NCBI GenBank assembly: GCA_038734945.1
Contig: JAVYOA010000001.1
Coordinates: 186,001-225,646 of the forward strand
DNA: 39,646 nt
Reading direction: 5' to 3'
From: Fervidicoccaceae archaeon
GTDB lineage: Archaea; Thermoproteota; Thermoprotei_A; Sulfolobales; Fervidicoccaceae
Both the position numbers and the translations under genes were made by a program. This document shows positions 10,118-18,555 of this stretch, piece after piece (positions within the stretch are counted from its first letter, which is position 1; every line of letters starts with the position of its first letter). A model generated the notes under the pieces. That model saw only the letters and a program-made list of their open reading frames with translations, had not been told where the DNA came from and did no database searches.

Positions 10118-10944
10118 AGAAGCTTCCTCAACTCTCCCTCAATCCTCCTCAACTCTTCCTCATTGATTATCCCTTCCCTCATTGCATCGTCTAAGAGGAG
10201 CATCAAATCCTCATCATCCAAATTCCTTCTTCTTGCGATCTCTGCGAGCCTCCTAGCAATATCTTCGGGATTGCTTCTACTTTTGAGGCTCTCAGCAATC
10301 TCATTCCTTAGGGCTATCCTATCTTCGAAATAACTTCTCAGCTCTCCTCCTGCTAGATCTAGATCCCTCACAAGGAATTCCTTAGCCGCAATGTAGAACC
10401 TCCTAACTCTAGCAGGCCTTCTCGTCCTTCCAAGATAGAATATCGGGGAGTAATCCTTTAATTTCCACATTCCTCCCTCAAAATCCCCAATAGCATACGC
10501 TGCCTCAACCCTACCCAAGAACAAGTCATGATCTCCAACATTCAGGACATTTACTTTCTCAAGCTCAAGTGCAGCAGAGGCTTCTGCAATGAGAGGGGCC
10601 CCAGTTTTCTCCCCTCTAACTATTCTGAACCCCCCTCTTTCCAGCTTCCCTCTCATAAATCTCTCGGAAACATCTCCAAGAAAAGGCATCTTATCGACGA
10701 ATTTGAAATCGAGAAAGTTCAAGCCAAAGACCTTGGAGTTTTTGAGAAGCCTGTAGGTAAATCTCTCTGGAGCAACCGCTACTGCAACTAACATAGGATT
10801 GAAGGAGACCTGAGTCCACCAAGCTGCTAGCATCCCTCCAACTCTCTTTTCTGCCTCAGCAGTTATGACTGTTGGCTTCACGGGATAGAGAAGCCTCTCA
10901 ACATCCCTAATATCCACGCTCTTCCAAAGCAAGACGCTCACCAT
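10114..10944 (-). CDS. Flavin reductase family protein (DIM6/NTAB) with helical C-terminal extension
   Basis: AAWWTQVSFNPMLVAVAV, APLI and VGDHDLFLGRV motifs. Confidence 0.85.
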   Translation of the reverse strand: MVSVLLWKSVDIRDVERLLYPVKPTVITAEAEKRVGGMLAAWWTQVSFNPMLVAVAVAPERFTYRLLKNSKVFGLNFLDFKFVDKMPFLGDVSERFMRGKLERGGFRIVRGEKTGAPLIAEASAALELEKVNVLNVGDHDLFLGRVEAAYAIGDFEGGMWKLKDYSPIFYLGRTRRPARVRRFYIAAKEFLVRDLDLAGGELRSYFEDRIALRNEIAESLKSRSNPEDIARRLAEIARRRNLDDEDLMLLLDDAMREGIINEEELRRIEGELRKLL

Positions 10945-11008
10945 GAAAAAATCAATTGTGACAGCTTATATATAATTGAAGCTATATATGCAGAATGAGG
11001 GGATCTTC

Positions 11009-11671
11009 TTGAGCTTCGTTGGTGAAATGCATGAATCTTCAGCTCACATTTGGAGGAAGTTCATTCCGCATACTTTTCTTAGAAAAGTAGCAGATGGGAG
11101 CATAAAAAGGGAGGAGTTCCTCACCTGGCTTTCCCAGGACTACCTTTTTGTTAAGGGTGCAATAAGATTCATGCTAGCCTTAGCCTCAAGAGCTCCCGAC
11201 AGCCATATGCTCTTTCTCCTGGAGGCAACTCACGGAATAAGCAGGGAGCTCTCAATGTTCAAAAACACTGCAGAGAGGCTCGGAGCAGCGCTCAGGGAGG
11301 AGGAGAACCTAATAACAAATTCTTACGTATCATTCCTTCTTTCTGTAGCCCACACATCATCCTATCTGGAAGGACTAGCGGCCCTATATTGCGAGGAGAG
11401 GGCATACTATGAGGCCTGGAAGTGGGTGAAAGAGAACACAGATATGCGGAAAAATCCATATGCAGATCTCATTTCCTACTGGTCCTCAGATGACTTCAAA
11501 AAATACGTTAATAGGCTTGAGGAGATGCTGGAAGAAGCAGCATCGCATGCAGGAGAGCTGGATAGAGAGAGGGCAAAGGAGATATATAGAAAAACATCCG
11601 AATTTGAACTGGCGTTTTGGGAAAGCGTGATGGGCCCGGAGGGATTTGAACCCTCGACCACCCGGTTATGA
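11009..11671 (+). CDS. tenA: TenA/THI-4 (thiaminase II) family protein
   Basis: HTFL..VADGS, WLSQDYLFV, YC..AYY, W....F and ELAFW motifs. Start placed at TTG 11009 after GAGGGG; the ORF track starts at 10976. Confidence 0.85.
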   Translation: MSFVGEMHESSAHIWRKFIPHTFLRKVADGSIKREEFLTWLSQDYLFVKGAIRFMLALASRAPDSHMLFLLEATHGISRELSMFKNTAERLGAALREEENLITNSYVSFLLSVAHTSSYLEGLAALYCEERAYYEAWKWVKENTDMRKNPYADLISYWSSDDFKKYVNRLEEMLEEAASHAGELDRERAKEIYRKTSEFELAFWESVMGPEGFEPSTTRL

Positions 11672-11705
11672 GCCGGGCGCTCTGACCGGGCTGAGCTACG
11701 GGCCC
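11631..11705 (-). tRNA. tRNA with CAT anticodon, most likely tRNA-Ile2 (agmatidine-modified, reads AUA); intronless, CCA not encoded
   Basis: Reverse complement folds as GGGCCCG-TA-GCTC(AGCCCGGTCA)GAGC-G-CCCGG(CT CAT AA)CCGGG-TGGTC-GAGGG(TTCAAAT)CCCTC-CGGGCCC-A. The GGGCCC acceptor stem is Ile-type, not the A1-U72 initiator type. Confidence 0.93.
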
Positions 11706-11729
11706 GCAGAAATAACTTTCTAAAAATTA

Positions 11730-11748
11730 CCTTATATTTGTTTTTCCC
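11730..11748 (-). promoter_or_regulatory. BRE/TATA promoter of the tRNA
   Basis: Minus strand GGGAAAAACAAATATAAG about 25-40 nt upstream of the tRNA 5' end. Confidence 0.55.
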
Positions 11749-11749
11749 T

Positions 11750-12469
11750 TTAGCCAAGCCTAACAGGAATAGAGGGCGAGGAAATAAATATCTCCGCAGC
11801 TCTCTTCTCTTCAACTAATCTGATACCCATGGAAAGGGCTCTTATCAAGATCCCGGAGCTCTCGGCCATCAGCAATTTCTTTCCCATTTCCCCATCGATC
11901 TCCCAGCATGGCCTGAACTCCTTGGCCCAATCAAAAGGGGCAATAAAAACTATAGCAGCCCTCCCTCCATTTTTTACAATTTCGATCATTTCATCTACAT
12001 GTCTTCTCCCTCTAATGCTTGGAGCATCTGGATAGCATGCAGAACCTTCTCCTCTTTCAGCGGCAGCGCTCTTGAGCTCCACAAACATCCTCCCTTCCCT
12101 GCACTCAATCTCATAGTCGAGCAAAGATCTTCCAACCTTTGCCCCCCTTCTATCTATCCTGCATCCCTTCAGAAAGGGGATGAGTTCCATAGATAGAGCA
12201 GCCTCGAACGCTCTTTCCTGCACTTTCGTATCAACTAATACTGCACCCCTTCCAGACCTCCCAAACGATGCCAGGATCCTTGCTCTAGTTTTTTCTCCAG
12301 ATGTTTTCAAGCAAAGAGACTCCGCTCCTGGGAACACGAGATCCTTCAGCCTTCCACTGTTGCTTAACCAAGCAGTGAAAAACTTCCCATCCATTGAAAC
12401 TGTGACCGAGAATCTGCTCAGTCTCTCTAATACAGTGCAGTGCTTCACTTCTTCAAAGCTCAGTAGCAC
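11750..12469 (-). CDS. sfsA: SfsA DNA/RNA nuclease family
   Basis: LSNSGRLKDL..PG, FVELKS and YPDAPSIRGRRHV motifs. Confidence 0.9.
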   Translation of the reverse strand: MLLSFEEVKHCTVLERLSRFSVTVSMDGKFFTAWLSNSGRLKDLVFPGAESLCLKTSGEKTRARILASFGRSGRGAVLVDTKVQERAFEAALSMELIPFLKGCRIDRRGAKVGRSLLDYEIECREGRMFVELKSAAAERGEGSACYPDAPSIRGRRHVDEMIEIVKNGGRAAIVFIAPFDWAKEFRPCWEIDGEMGKKLLMAESSGILIRALSMGIRLVEEKRAAEIFISSPSIPVRLG

Positions 12470-13106
12470 TCCTTTCCTCAGCCCGCACCACCGCCTCTTT
12501 CAGCGCCTTCTCTAACCTCCTCCTGCTTTCCATATCAACAAGGAAGAACTTGGTCTCATCTATGAGTCTTCTATCAACATCAACCTTGTGCCTTAGCCCA
12601 GGAAGTATTGCATCAGGATAGTCTAGCGTCGATATCAATGAAAAGATATACTCCATGACTCTCAGAAGCATCCAGGAAGCATCCATGTTCCCCCTCTTGA
12701 CCTCCTCCAGTACGAGTCTCCTCAGCTCTCCTATGAGATCGGCGAGACCTAGAACATAGGGAACAGGCCCAACCCCCAACTCTCTTGGAGATGGGATCCT
12801 CCTCTCCTTGAGCACATGGTATAGAGCCTCTGCCTCAACATACTCCGCGAGAAATCCATCCATTGCTGCAGAGCGGAGCAGCTCCTGATGACCCTCAATT
12901 TTCCTTAGGAGCTCCGAGGAAGCCTCTCTCATCCTGCTCATTTCCTCCTCAGCTCTCTCTACCTCCCCCGCTATCATTTTTGTTATAGCCCTCCCTGAGA
13001 GCCTAACGACTTCCCTTCCAAGGCTGAGCATTTCCTCCCTAGCTGCATCTGCCTCATCCAGCGATCTCCTTATCTCCTCAAAAATGCTCTCCATATTTTC
13101 CTGCAA
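12453..13106 (-). CDS. Translin/TRAX-family protein (archaeal C3PO-like)
   Basis: REE..SLGREVVRLSG, EYVEAE, YVLGLADLIGELRR and LRHKVD motifs. Confidence 0.88.
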   Translation of the reverse strand: MQENMESIFEEIRRSLDEADAAREEMLSLGREVVRLSGRAITKMIAGEVERAEEEMSRMREASSELLRKIEGHQELLRSAAMDGFLAEYVEAEALYHVLKERRIPSPRELGVGPVPYVLGLADLIGELRRLVLEEVKRGNMDASWMLLRVMEYIFSLISTLDYPDAILPGLRHKVDVDRRLIDETKFFLVDMESRRRLEKALKEAVVRAEERSATEL

Positions 13107-14357
13107 TCATCCCAGCCTCCATGAATCTGCATATTTTCTCTGTTCCTCGCTCAGCCTATCAATTTCTATTCCCATCGCCTCCAACTTCATTGATGCAATC
13201 TCATAATCAACTTCCTTGGGAACACTAAGAAGCCTCCTCTCCAATCTCTCCGACTCAGCAATCAGCTTTACCGCAAGTGCCTGGTTTGCAAAGCTCATAT
13301 CCATAACTTCGCTGGGATGCCCCTCTGCCGCAACTAGGTTCATCAACCTTCCCTCCCCAACAAGGTAGAGCCTCTTTCCACCTTTTACTCTGTACTCCCT
13401 GAGGTTTTTCCTCACCTCTCTCCACCCCTCAGCGTTCTCCTCCAGCTCCTTCACGCTAACCTCAACATTGAAGTGTCCGCTGTTCCCCAGGACAGCTCCA
13501 TCCTTCATTTTTTTCATATGCTCCCAAACAATCACATCCTTGTTGCCCGTAGCCGTTATGAAAACATCCCCTAGCTCGGCAGCTCTCGCCATGGGCATTA
13601 CCTCATAGCCATCCATAGCAGCTTCCAGGGCTCTGACAGGATCCACTTCCGTCACGATCACCCTTGCTCCCATACCTCTTGCCCTGGCTGCTATGCCTTT
13701 TCCAACCCATCCATACCCGGCAACCACAAGTACTTTTCCAGCCAGAAGCATGTTCGTTGCTCTCAAGAGCCCATCTATTGTGCTCTGCCCAGTACCATAC
13801 CTGTTGTCGAACATATGCTTCGTCAATGCATCGTTCACTGCAATCACTGGGTAGAGGAGCAACCCCTCCCTCTCCAGAGCCCTCAGCCTCATTACCCCAG
13901 TTGTGGTTTCCTCAGTTCCCCCCCTCACCCTTTCGGCCTTATCCCTAGCTTTCTCATGAAGGTAAGCATGAAGATCTCCTCCATCATCGATTACAATGTC
14001 TGGAGAGCTCTCTGCAATTATAGAGATAGCCCTGAAGTACTCCTCCTCACTCTCGCCTCTTTTCGCAAACAGATTGACATCCTCATCAACCAAGGCAGCA
14101 GCAACCTCATCCTGTGTTGATAGAGGATTGCTGGCGGCCAAGTATACCTCCGCTCCCCAAGCCTTCAGAGTCCTAATCAGAACTCCAGTCTCCTTTGTTA
14201 CATGAAGACAGGCAGCAACTCTCAAGCCTCTCAGGGGCTTTTTCCCCTCGTACTTCTTTCTCAGCCCAACCAGTACCGGCATGTTCCTTTCTGCCCACTC
14301 CAGCTGAAGCTTCCCCTCATCTCTTTTTTCCAGGTCAGCTATCCAGAACTCCGGCAA
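13107..14357 (-). CDS. ahcY: S-adenosyl-L-homocysteine hydrolase
   Basis: NMPVL, CLHVTKET, SNPLSTQD, EETTTG, FDNRYGTGQS, GYGWVGKG and GHPSEVMDMSF motifs. Confidence 0.97.
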   Translation of the reverse strand: MPEFWIADLEKRDEGKLQLEWAERNMPVLVGLRKKYEGKKPLRGLRVAACLHVTKETGVLIRTLKAWGAEVYLAASNPLSTQDEVAAALVDEDVNLFAKRGESEEEYFRAISIIAESSPDIVIDDGGDLHAYLHEKARDKAERVRGGTEETTTGVMRLRALEREGLLLYPVIAVNDALTKHMFDNRYGTGQSTIDGLLRATNMLLAGKVLVVAGYGWVGKGIAARARGMGARVIVTEVDPVRALEAAMDGYEVMPMARAAELGDVFITATGNKDVIVWEHMKKMKDGAVLGNSGHFNVEVSVKELEENAEGWREVRKNLREYRVKGGKRLYLVGEGRLMNLVAAEGHPSEVMDMSFANQALAVKLIAESERLERRLLSVPKEVDYEIASMKLEAMGIEIDRLSEEQRKYADSWRLG

Positions 14358-14414
14358 TCTCCCTCACCAACTTTCTTATTTCTCCGTGCAACTAATAAAC
14401 TAGAGGGGGTAAAA

Positions 14415-15071
14415 GTGCAAATACGCATATCCATGGCCATGACAGCAGATGGAAAAACAGCAGATGAGGAGGGGGAGTGGTATCCTCTCTGTCCATATGA
14501 GAGGGAGAGGCTCTATGCACACATGAGGTGGGCTGACGCAATAGTTATAGGAGCGGAAACTGTGATGAACACAGATATCTCCTTCATGCCTCCAGGCTCT
14601 AGGGGTAGACCCCTTAGAGCAATTATAGATCCTTCACTCAGAACAGACCCCTCAAGAAAAATCTACTCATCGAAACGGGGGCCGCTAATTGTGATGGCTG
14701 AGAAGGGAGCTCTTGAGGAAAAGAAGGAGAAGGCTAGCTTGTTGAGGGAGATTGGAGCAGAAGTAGTAGCAATGGAGGAGAGAGATGGTAGAATAAGCGC
14801 CAGGGATGTTGTTGCCTTGCTCGAATCGAGGGGGCTGGAGAAAATTCTTGTGCTGGGGGGAGGGAAGACGAACTATCATTTCTTCAGAGAGGGACTTGTA
14901 GATGAATACTATATTACGATAGTTCCCAGAATACTTGGAGGTTCAAAGTACTCTCCAGTGTCTGGCGAGGGCTTCAGATTTCCTGGGATTGAGCTGAAGC
15001 TGGTAGAGCACAAAATTTGCGAATGTGGAAACGAGATAGTGCTCAAATATGTTCTTGCTAGACGACTCTAA
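14415..15071 (+). CDS. RibD C-terminal / DHFR-fold reductase
   Basis: [26 protein letters not shown] and [16 protein letters not shown] motifs. GTG 14415 follows a GAGGGGG SD; the ORF track start at 14202 overlaps ahcY and is too early. Confidence 0.85.
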   Translation: MQIRISMAMTADGKTADEEGEWYPLCPYERERLYAHMRWADAIVIGAETVMNTDISFMPPGSRGRPLRAIIDPSLRTDPSRKIYSSKRGPLIVMAEKGALEEKKEKASLLREIGAEVVAMEERDGRISARDVVALLESRGLEKILVLGGGKTNYHFFREGLVDEYYITIVPRILGGSKYSPVSGEGFRFPGIELKLVEHKICECGNEIVLKYVLARRL

Positions 15072-15246
15072 TTCCGTTTATCTTCTTGCTCTGCCAAGAG
15101 TACCTTCTAATTCTCTTCGACCTGCCGAAGCCACATGCTGCACAGTAACCCTTGGCAACATTGAAGCTATGCCTTCCACATCTCCTGCACCTTATATGCG
15201 TGTAGCTCCTCGAGTGCTTCCCCATCGATGTTGTTCCCTTTACCAC
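15058..15246 (-). CDS. rpl37e: 50S ribosomal protein L37e
   Basis: [21 protein letters not shown]...[10 protein letters not shown] zinc ribbon. Confidence 0.97.
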   Translation of the reverse strand: MVKGTTSMGKHSRSYTHIRCRRCGRHSFNVAKGYCAACGFGRSKRIRRYSWQSKKINGIRVV

Positions 15247-15260
15247 TGAAGCTCACCCTC

Positions 15261-15491
15261 TCACAGGCCTGAAGCAGGAGAGACAATTATTACATTATCT
15301 CCTCTTATTATCACGGTTCCAAGCTTCCTTGGCTGGCCATCCGGGTACAGCTCCTCCGCATCCTCGAGCACTATATTCAGATGATGATCGTAGCTTTTCA
15401 GCTTCCCCCTAACCTCTTTATTTCCCTTCAGCTTAACAAGCACGATCTGTCCTACAGAGTTCGACAGTATTTTTTGGGCAGTATCACTCAT
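15261..15491 (-). CDS. lsm: Sm-like archaeal protein (SmAP1/LSm)
   Basis: VLVKLKG...[14 protein letters not shown] and [11 protein letters not shown] motifs; conserved linkage to rpl37e. ATG 15491 follows GGTGAG. Confidence 0.95.
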   Translation of the reverse strand: MSDTAQKILSNSVGQIVLVKLKGNKEVRGKLKSYDHHLNIVLEDAEELYPDGQPRKLGTVIIRGDNVIIVSPASGL

Positions 15492-15571
15492 CACACTCAC
15501 CGCACGAGCCAAACAATGCTCAAGGATTTTAATCGCTCATAACGAATTAATAAACATTAGCCGAGCTGATT

Positions 15572-16051
15572 GTGAAAATGAAGAGGCACTTCCTCTCAAA
15601 GAAGGATAGAGAGCAACTCCTTTTGCTTCTAGAAAAGAAGCTCAAGATATCATCCCTTCCGGAAAGCGTCGAGGTTATGGAGGATGAGGAAACGAAGTGC
15701 TATATATTTAATGGAACTCCAGCAATTTGCATTCTCGACAATGAGCCAATACCGCTTCTCAAGTGGCTCCTCAAAAGCAGCGGACAAAAGCCCTCCATAC
15801 CGAGAATAGTAGTTAATATGGGGGCCGTGAAGCCAATAGCCAATGGAGCAGACCTTATGGCTCCAGGCATTGTGAAGATCGAGGGAAGCTTTCCAAAGGG
15901 TTCAATAGTACTAGTTGTTGAGGAAGAGAGAGGAATTCCCATAGCAGTAATGAGATCACTCCTCTCCTCCGAGGAAGTTTCGTCCATGAAGAAGGGAAAG
16001 GTTGCAGAGAACATCCACCATATTGGAGACAAGCTCTGGAAGGAGCTATAG
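15572..16051 (+). CDS. PUA-domain RNA-binding protein (MCT-1/Tma20-like)
   Basis: VVNMGAVKPIANGADLMAPGIV and KKGKVAENIHHIGDKLW motifs. Confidence 0.9.
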   Translation: MKMKRHFLSKKDREQLLLLLEKKLKISSLPESVEVMEDEETKCYIFNGTPAICILDNEPIPLLKWLLKSSGQKPSIPRIVVNMGAVKPIANGADLMAPGIVKIEGSFPKGSIVLVVEEERGIPIAVMRSLLSSEEVSSMKKGKVAENIHHIGDKLWKEL

Positions 16052-17986
16052 AAGGAGCAGGGAATCCAGGTTCGAGGGAGCATATATCCTTGCTCCAGAG
16101 AGCCATCTGAGCACGTGCTTCTTCCTTTCAATGGCTGAGGCGAGTTGCGCAATTGCTGAGGGCTCTCCATGATTCAGTACAATGTTCCTGGGCTTAGGCT
16201 CGATGTTTTCAAGAAATGACAGCAGCTCCCCTCTATCGCTATGCCCGCTGAACCCCTCTACGGAGTGAACCTCCATGTTTATCTTCAGAGGAACCAGCTT
16301 TCCCTCGCTGTTCATCAGCATTAGCTCTCTCTGCCCATCCTTTATCTTCCTCCCCAATGTCCCCTCAACCTGGAAGCTCACGAAGACCAGGGAGTTCCTC
16401 TGATCCTCTGCTAGTAGCTTCAAATACTCTACGCTCGGTCCACCGTTTAGCATTCCACTTGTAGCTAGTATGACAGATGGTCCACCTTCCGCGATCTCCA
16501 TCCTCATGTCTCTATCCTGCACAACAATGAAATTCTCATTGTAGAAAGGATTTTCACCTGAATGTATTGCCCTCTCGACACTTGGAGACATGAGCTCGGG
16601 ATAGTGAGTGTGTATTGCAGTTACCTCCGTTACCATTCCCTCTATGTAGACAGGCATTGGCTGAAGAGCCCCACTTTTCAAAGCCTCAGATATTATGAGC
16701 ATTATCTCCTGCCCTCTTCCCACGGACATTATTGGAATCAGAGTCTTTCCTCCTCTCTCTGCAGTTCTTTTTATTATGGAGAGAAGATTTGCCTCAGCCT
16801 CGCTCCTCGAGGGAAGCTTTGTTTCTCCATATGTGCTCTCCATTATTAGGGTCTCAACCCTCGGGAACTTGTCTACTGCCTTGCTCAGTAGCCTCGTGTG
16901 AGCATATTTGAAATCTCCCGTGTATACTATGTTGTGTAGTCCGTTTCCTATGTGCAGATGAACCATTGCCGATCCCAATATGTGACCAGCATCATAGAGA
17001 GTCAGCCTCACATCTGGAGCTATATCAGTAACATCTCCGTAGTCGACCGTTATCGTATGGAGAATCTCCTTCTTAACCTCCCTCTGAGTGTATGGGGGCA
17101 TTCTACCCTCTCTGGTCATTATATCGAGATAGTCCAGCTGAGTCAAGACCATTATATCCCTTGTAGCCTTCGTGGTATAGACGGGACCATTGTAGCCATA
17201 TTTGAACAGTAGGGGAAGCATTCCAACATGGTCCAGATGAGCGTGGGATATGACAACAGCATCTAGCTCTTCCAGTCTGAGCTGCTCAACGTCGAATCTG
17301 GGAGCCATATCAGGAAAGCTGTTTGCCCCTGGGCCCGCTCCTGCATCCAGGAGCACTCTGCTCTCCTCCGTTTCAACGAGAATAGCAGATCTTCCAACTT
17401 CCTGGAACCCCCCCAGAGCTGTTATTCTAACCCCCCTTGTTTTGAAAAGAGGATCCCTGTGAATTCTTTCCCCTATGCTTCTTAGAAAGCTCTTCCTGTA
17501 GCTACTTTCTCCTATGAGCTGTGATAGAATGCCGTCGAGAATTTTGGAAGAAGTTGGTGGAGCCCTTATTATAACTGGCCTCCAGCCAGTCCTTATTATT
17601 ATATCTCTCCTTATGTTTCCTCCCTTTCCAATAACAAGACCAGGTTTCTCTGCTTTTATTATAACATCCCCGAGGACATCGTCGAACTCAATTGCCTTTA
17701 TCTCGGCCTCCTTTGGGACAAGCTCCATTATAGTCTTCTTAGCTTCCTCTTTCTGCTTTCTTATTTCTGGATCGGTTCTTATGACCACTCTCTTCCTTAT
17801 CGTCCTGGCTATCTCCTTTATTACCCCCATTTGTTCCAACAGTATGCCGGGATTCTTCACATATATAGCTATTTCTGGCCCCTCGAACTCTATGGAAGTC
17901 ATCATTGCTTCTTGCGGAACTAGGGATATTATTGAGTTCCTGAGCTTTGCTATTGAGCTAGCTTTTTTCGAATTGCTTGAATTCAT
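16046..17986 (-). CDS. fttA: aCPSF1 beta-CASP ribonuclease / transcription termination factor FttA
   Basis: N-terminal KH domains (EFEGPEIAIY, KPGLVIGKGG), LGGFQEVGRS, SHAHLDH, AGHILGS, ESTYG and FSGHSD motifs. Confidence 0.96.
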   Translation of the reverse strand: MNSSNSKKASSIAKLRNSIISLVPQEAMMTSIEFEGPEIAIYVKNPGILLEQMGVIKEIARTIRKRVVIRTDPEIRKQKEEAKKTIMELVPKEAEIKAIEFDDVLGDVIIKAEKPGLVIGKGGNIRRDIIIRTGWRPVIIRAPPTSSKILDGILSQLIGESSYRKSFLRSIGERIHRDPLFKTRGVRITALGGFQEVGRSAILVETEESRVLLDAGAGPGANSFPDMAPRFDVEQLRLEELDAVVISHAHLDHVGMLPLLFKYGYNGPVYTTKATRDIMVLTQLDYLDIMTREGRMPPYTQREVKKEILHTITVDYGDVTDIAPDVRLTLYDAGHILGSAMVHLHIGNGLHNIVYTGDFKYAHTRLLSKAVDKFPRVETLIMESTYGETKLPSRSEAEANLLSIIKRTAERGGKTLIPIMSVGRGQEIMLIISEALKSGALQPMPVYIEGMVTEVTAIHTHYPELMSPSVERAIHSGENPFYNENFIVVQDRDMRMEIAEGGPSVILATSGMLNGGPSVEYLKLLAEDQRNSLVFVSFQVEGTLGRKIKDGQRELMLMNSEGKLVPLKINMEVHSVEGFSGHSDRGELLSFLENIEPKPRNIVLNHGEPSAIAQLASAIERKKHVLRWLSGARIYAPSNLDSLLLL

Positions 17987-18009
17987 AATCACGCACTCTC
18001 TCGCAAACG

Positions 18010-18062
18010 TCGAACTTATTTTCCAGCCAGAAAATGACGGCTGGAAACGATCAAGGAGTCGA
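18010..18062 (-). promoter_or_regulatory. Stem-loop in the putative 5' leader of aCPSF1
   Basis: TTTCCAGCC (18020-18028) and GGCTGGAAA (18039-18047) form a perfect 9-bp stem with a 10-nt loop; it extends imperfectly to TCGA/TCGA. Confidence 0.45.
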
Positions 18063-18256
18063 TATTGAAGGATCAATGCTTGTTATCATGCTTTCGCAAA
18101 ATATCCTTTTATTCTTTTCCCCTTTATATTTCCAAAGTCTGAACCAAAAATCCTATCCAACAGACTAGCTTTTCTATAAAGCTGACATGAGGCTTCTCTC
18201 TCTCAATCGATTAGCATCAACATTCGAGTCCACCATTCTCTTCGCTCCCTGAAAGA

Positions 18257-18274
18257 AATGTTTTGCAAAACATT
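18257..18274. repeat. Perfect 18-bp palindrome AATGTTTTGCAAAACATT
   Basis: Read directly from the sequence; it is its own reverse complement. Confidence 0.85.
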
Positions 18275-18338
18275 CTTCCTTCTGAAAGGAGGGAAAAATA
18301 TCAGGATTCTGGATCAAGTCGCATGGGCATAGTTAAAA

Positions 18339-18550
18339 CTGACCTCCTCTCTGCCCTGGGGGCCGGGGATATGCTTTTTGTCTTTCTCAATATGGTGTGT
18401 GCTCCCACCAGGTCTGCGTTGAAAGCAAACTGTTCATCGCTTCTGAAAAATGCAGGGTGTCTTTCATTAAATATTTCCAGCCCTTTCTCGAACAGAAGAA
18501 CAACCCATGTATGGTGCTTCTTATCAGCTCCAATCTATCCATTGAGAAAG
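18339..18550 (-). pseudogene. tnpB: Decayed IS200/IS605 tnpB 3' remnant with right end
   Basis: Minus-strand peptides HGLFFCSRKG (18509-18480) and FNADLVGAHTILRK (18423-18382, different frame) resemble the TnpB Zn-ribbon end and RuvC-III. They are followed by CCCCGGCCCCCAGGGCAGAGAGGAGGTCAG, like the archaeal IS605 right end ...GGGCGGGGAGGAGGTCAG. The left boundary is uncertain. Confidence 0.7.
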
Positions 18551-18555
18551 GTTAA

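Noticed and set aside
11631..11705. tRNA as the boundary of an integrated virus or plasmid
   Set aside because: No integrase, no repeated tRNA half and ordinary metabolic genes on both sides.
18321..18330. GCATGGGCAT in the remnant's putative guide also occurs in psrC (34505-34514)
   Set aside because: Only 10 bp, not in the seed position next to the right end, and plausible by chance in 40 kb.
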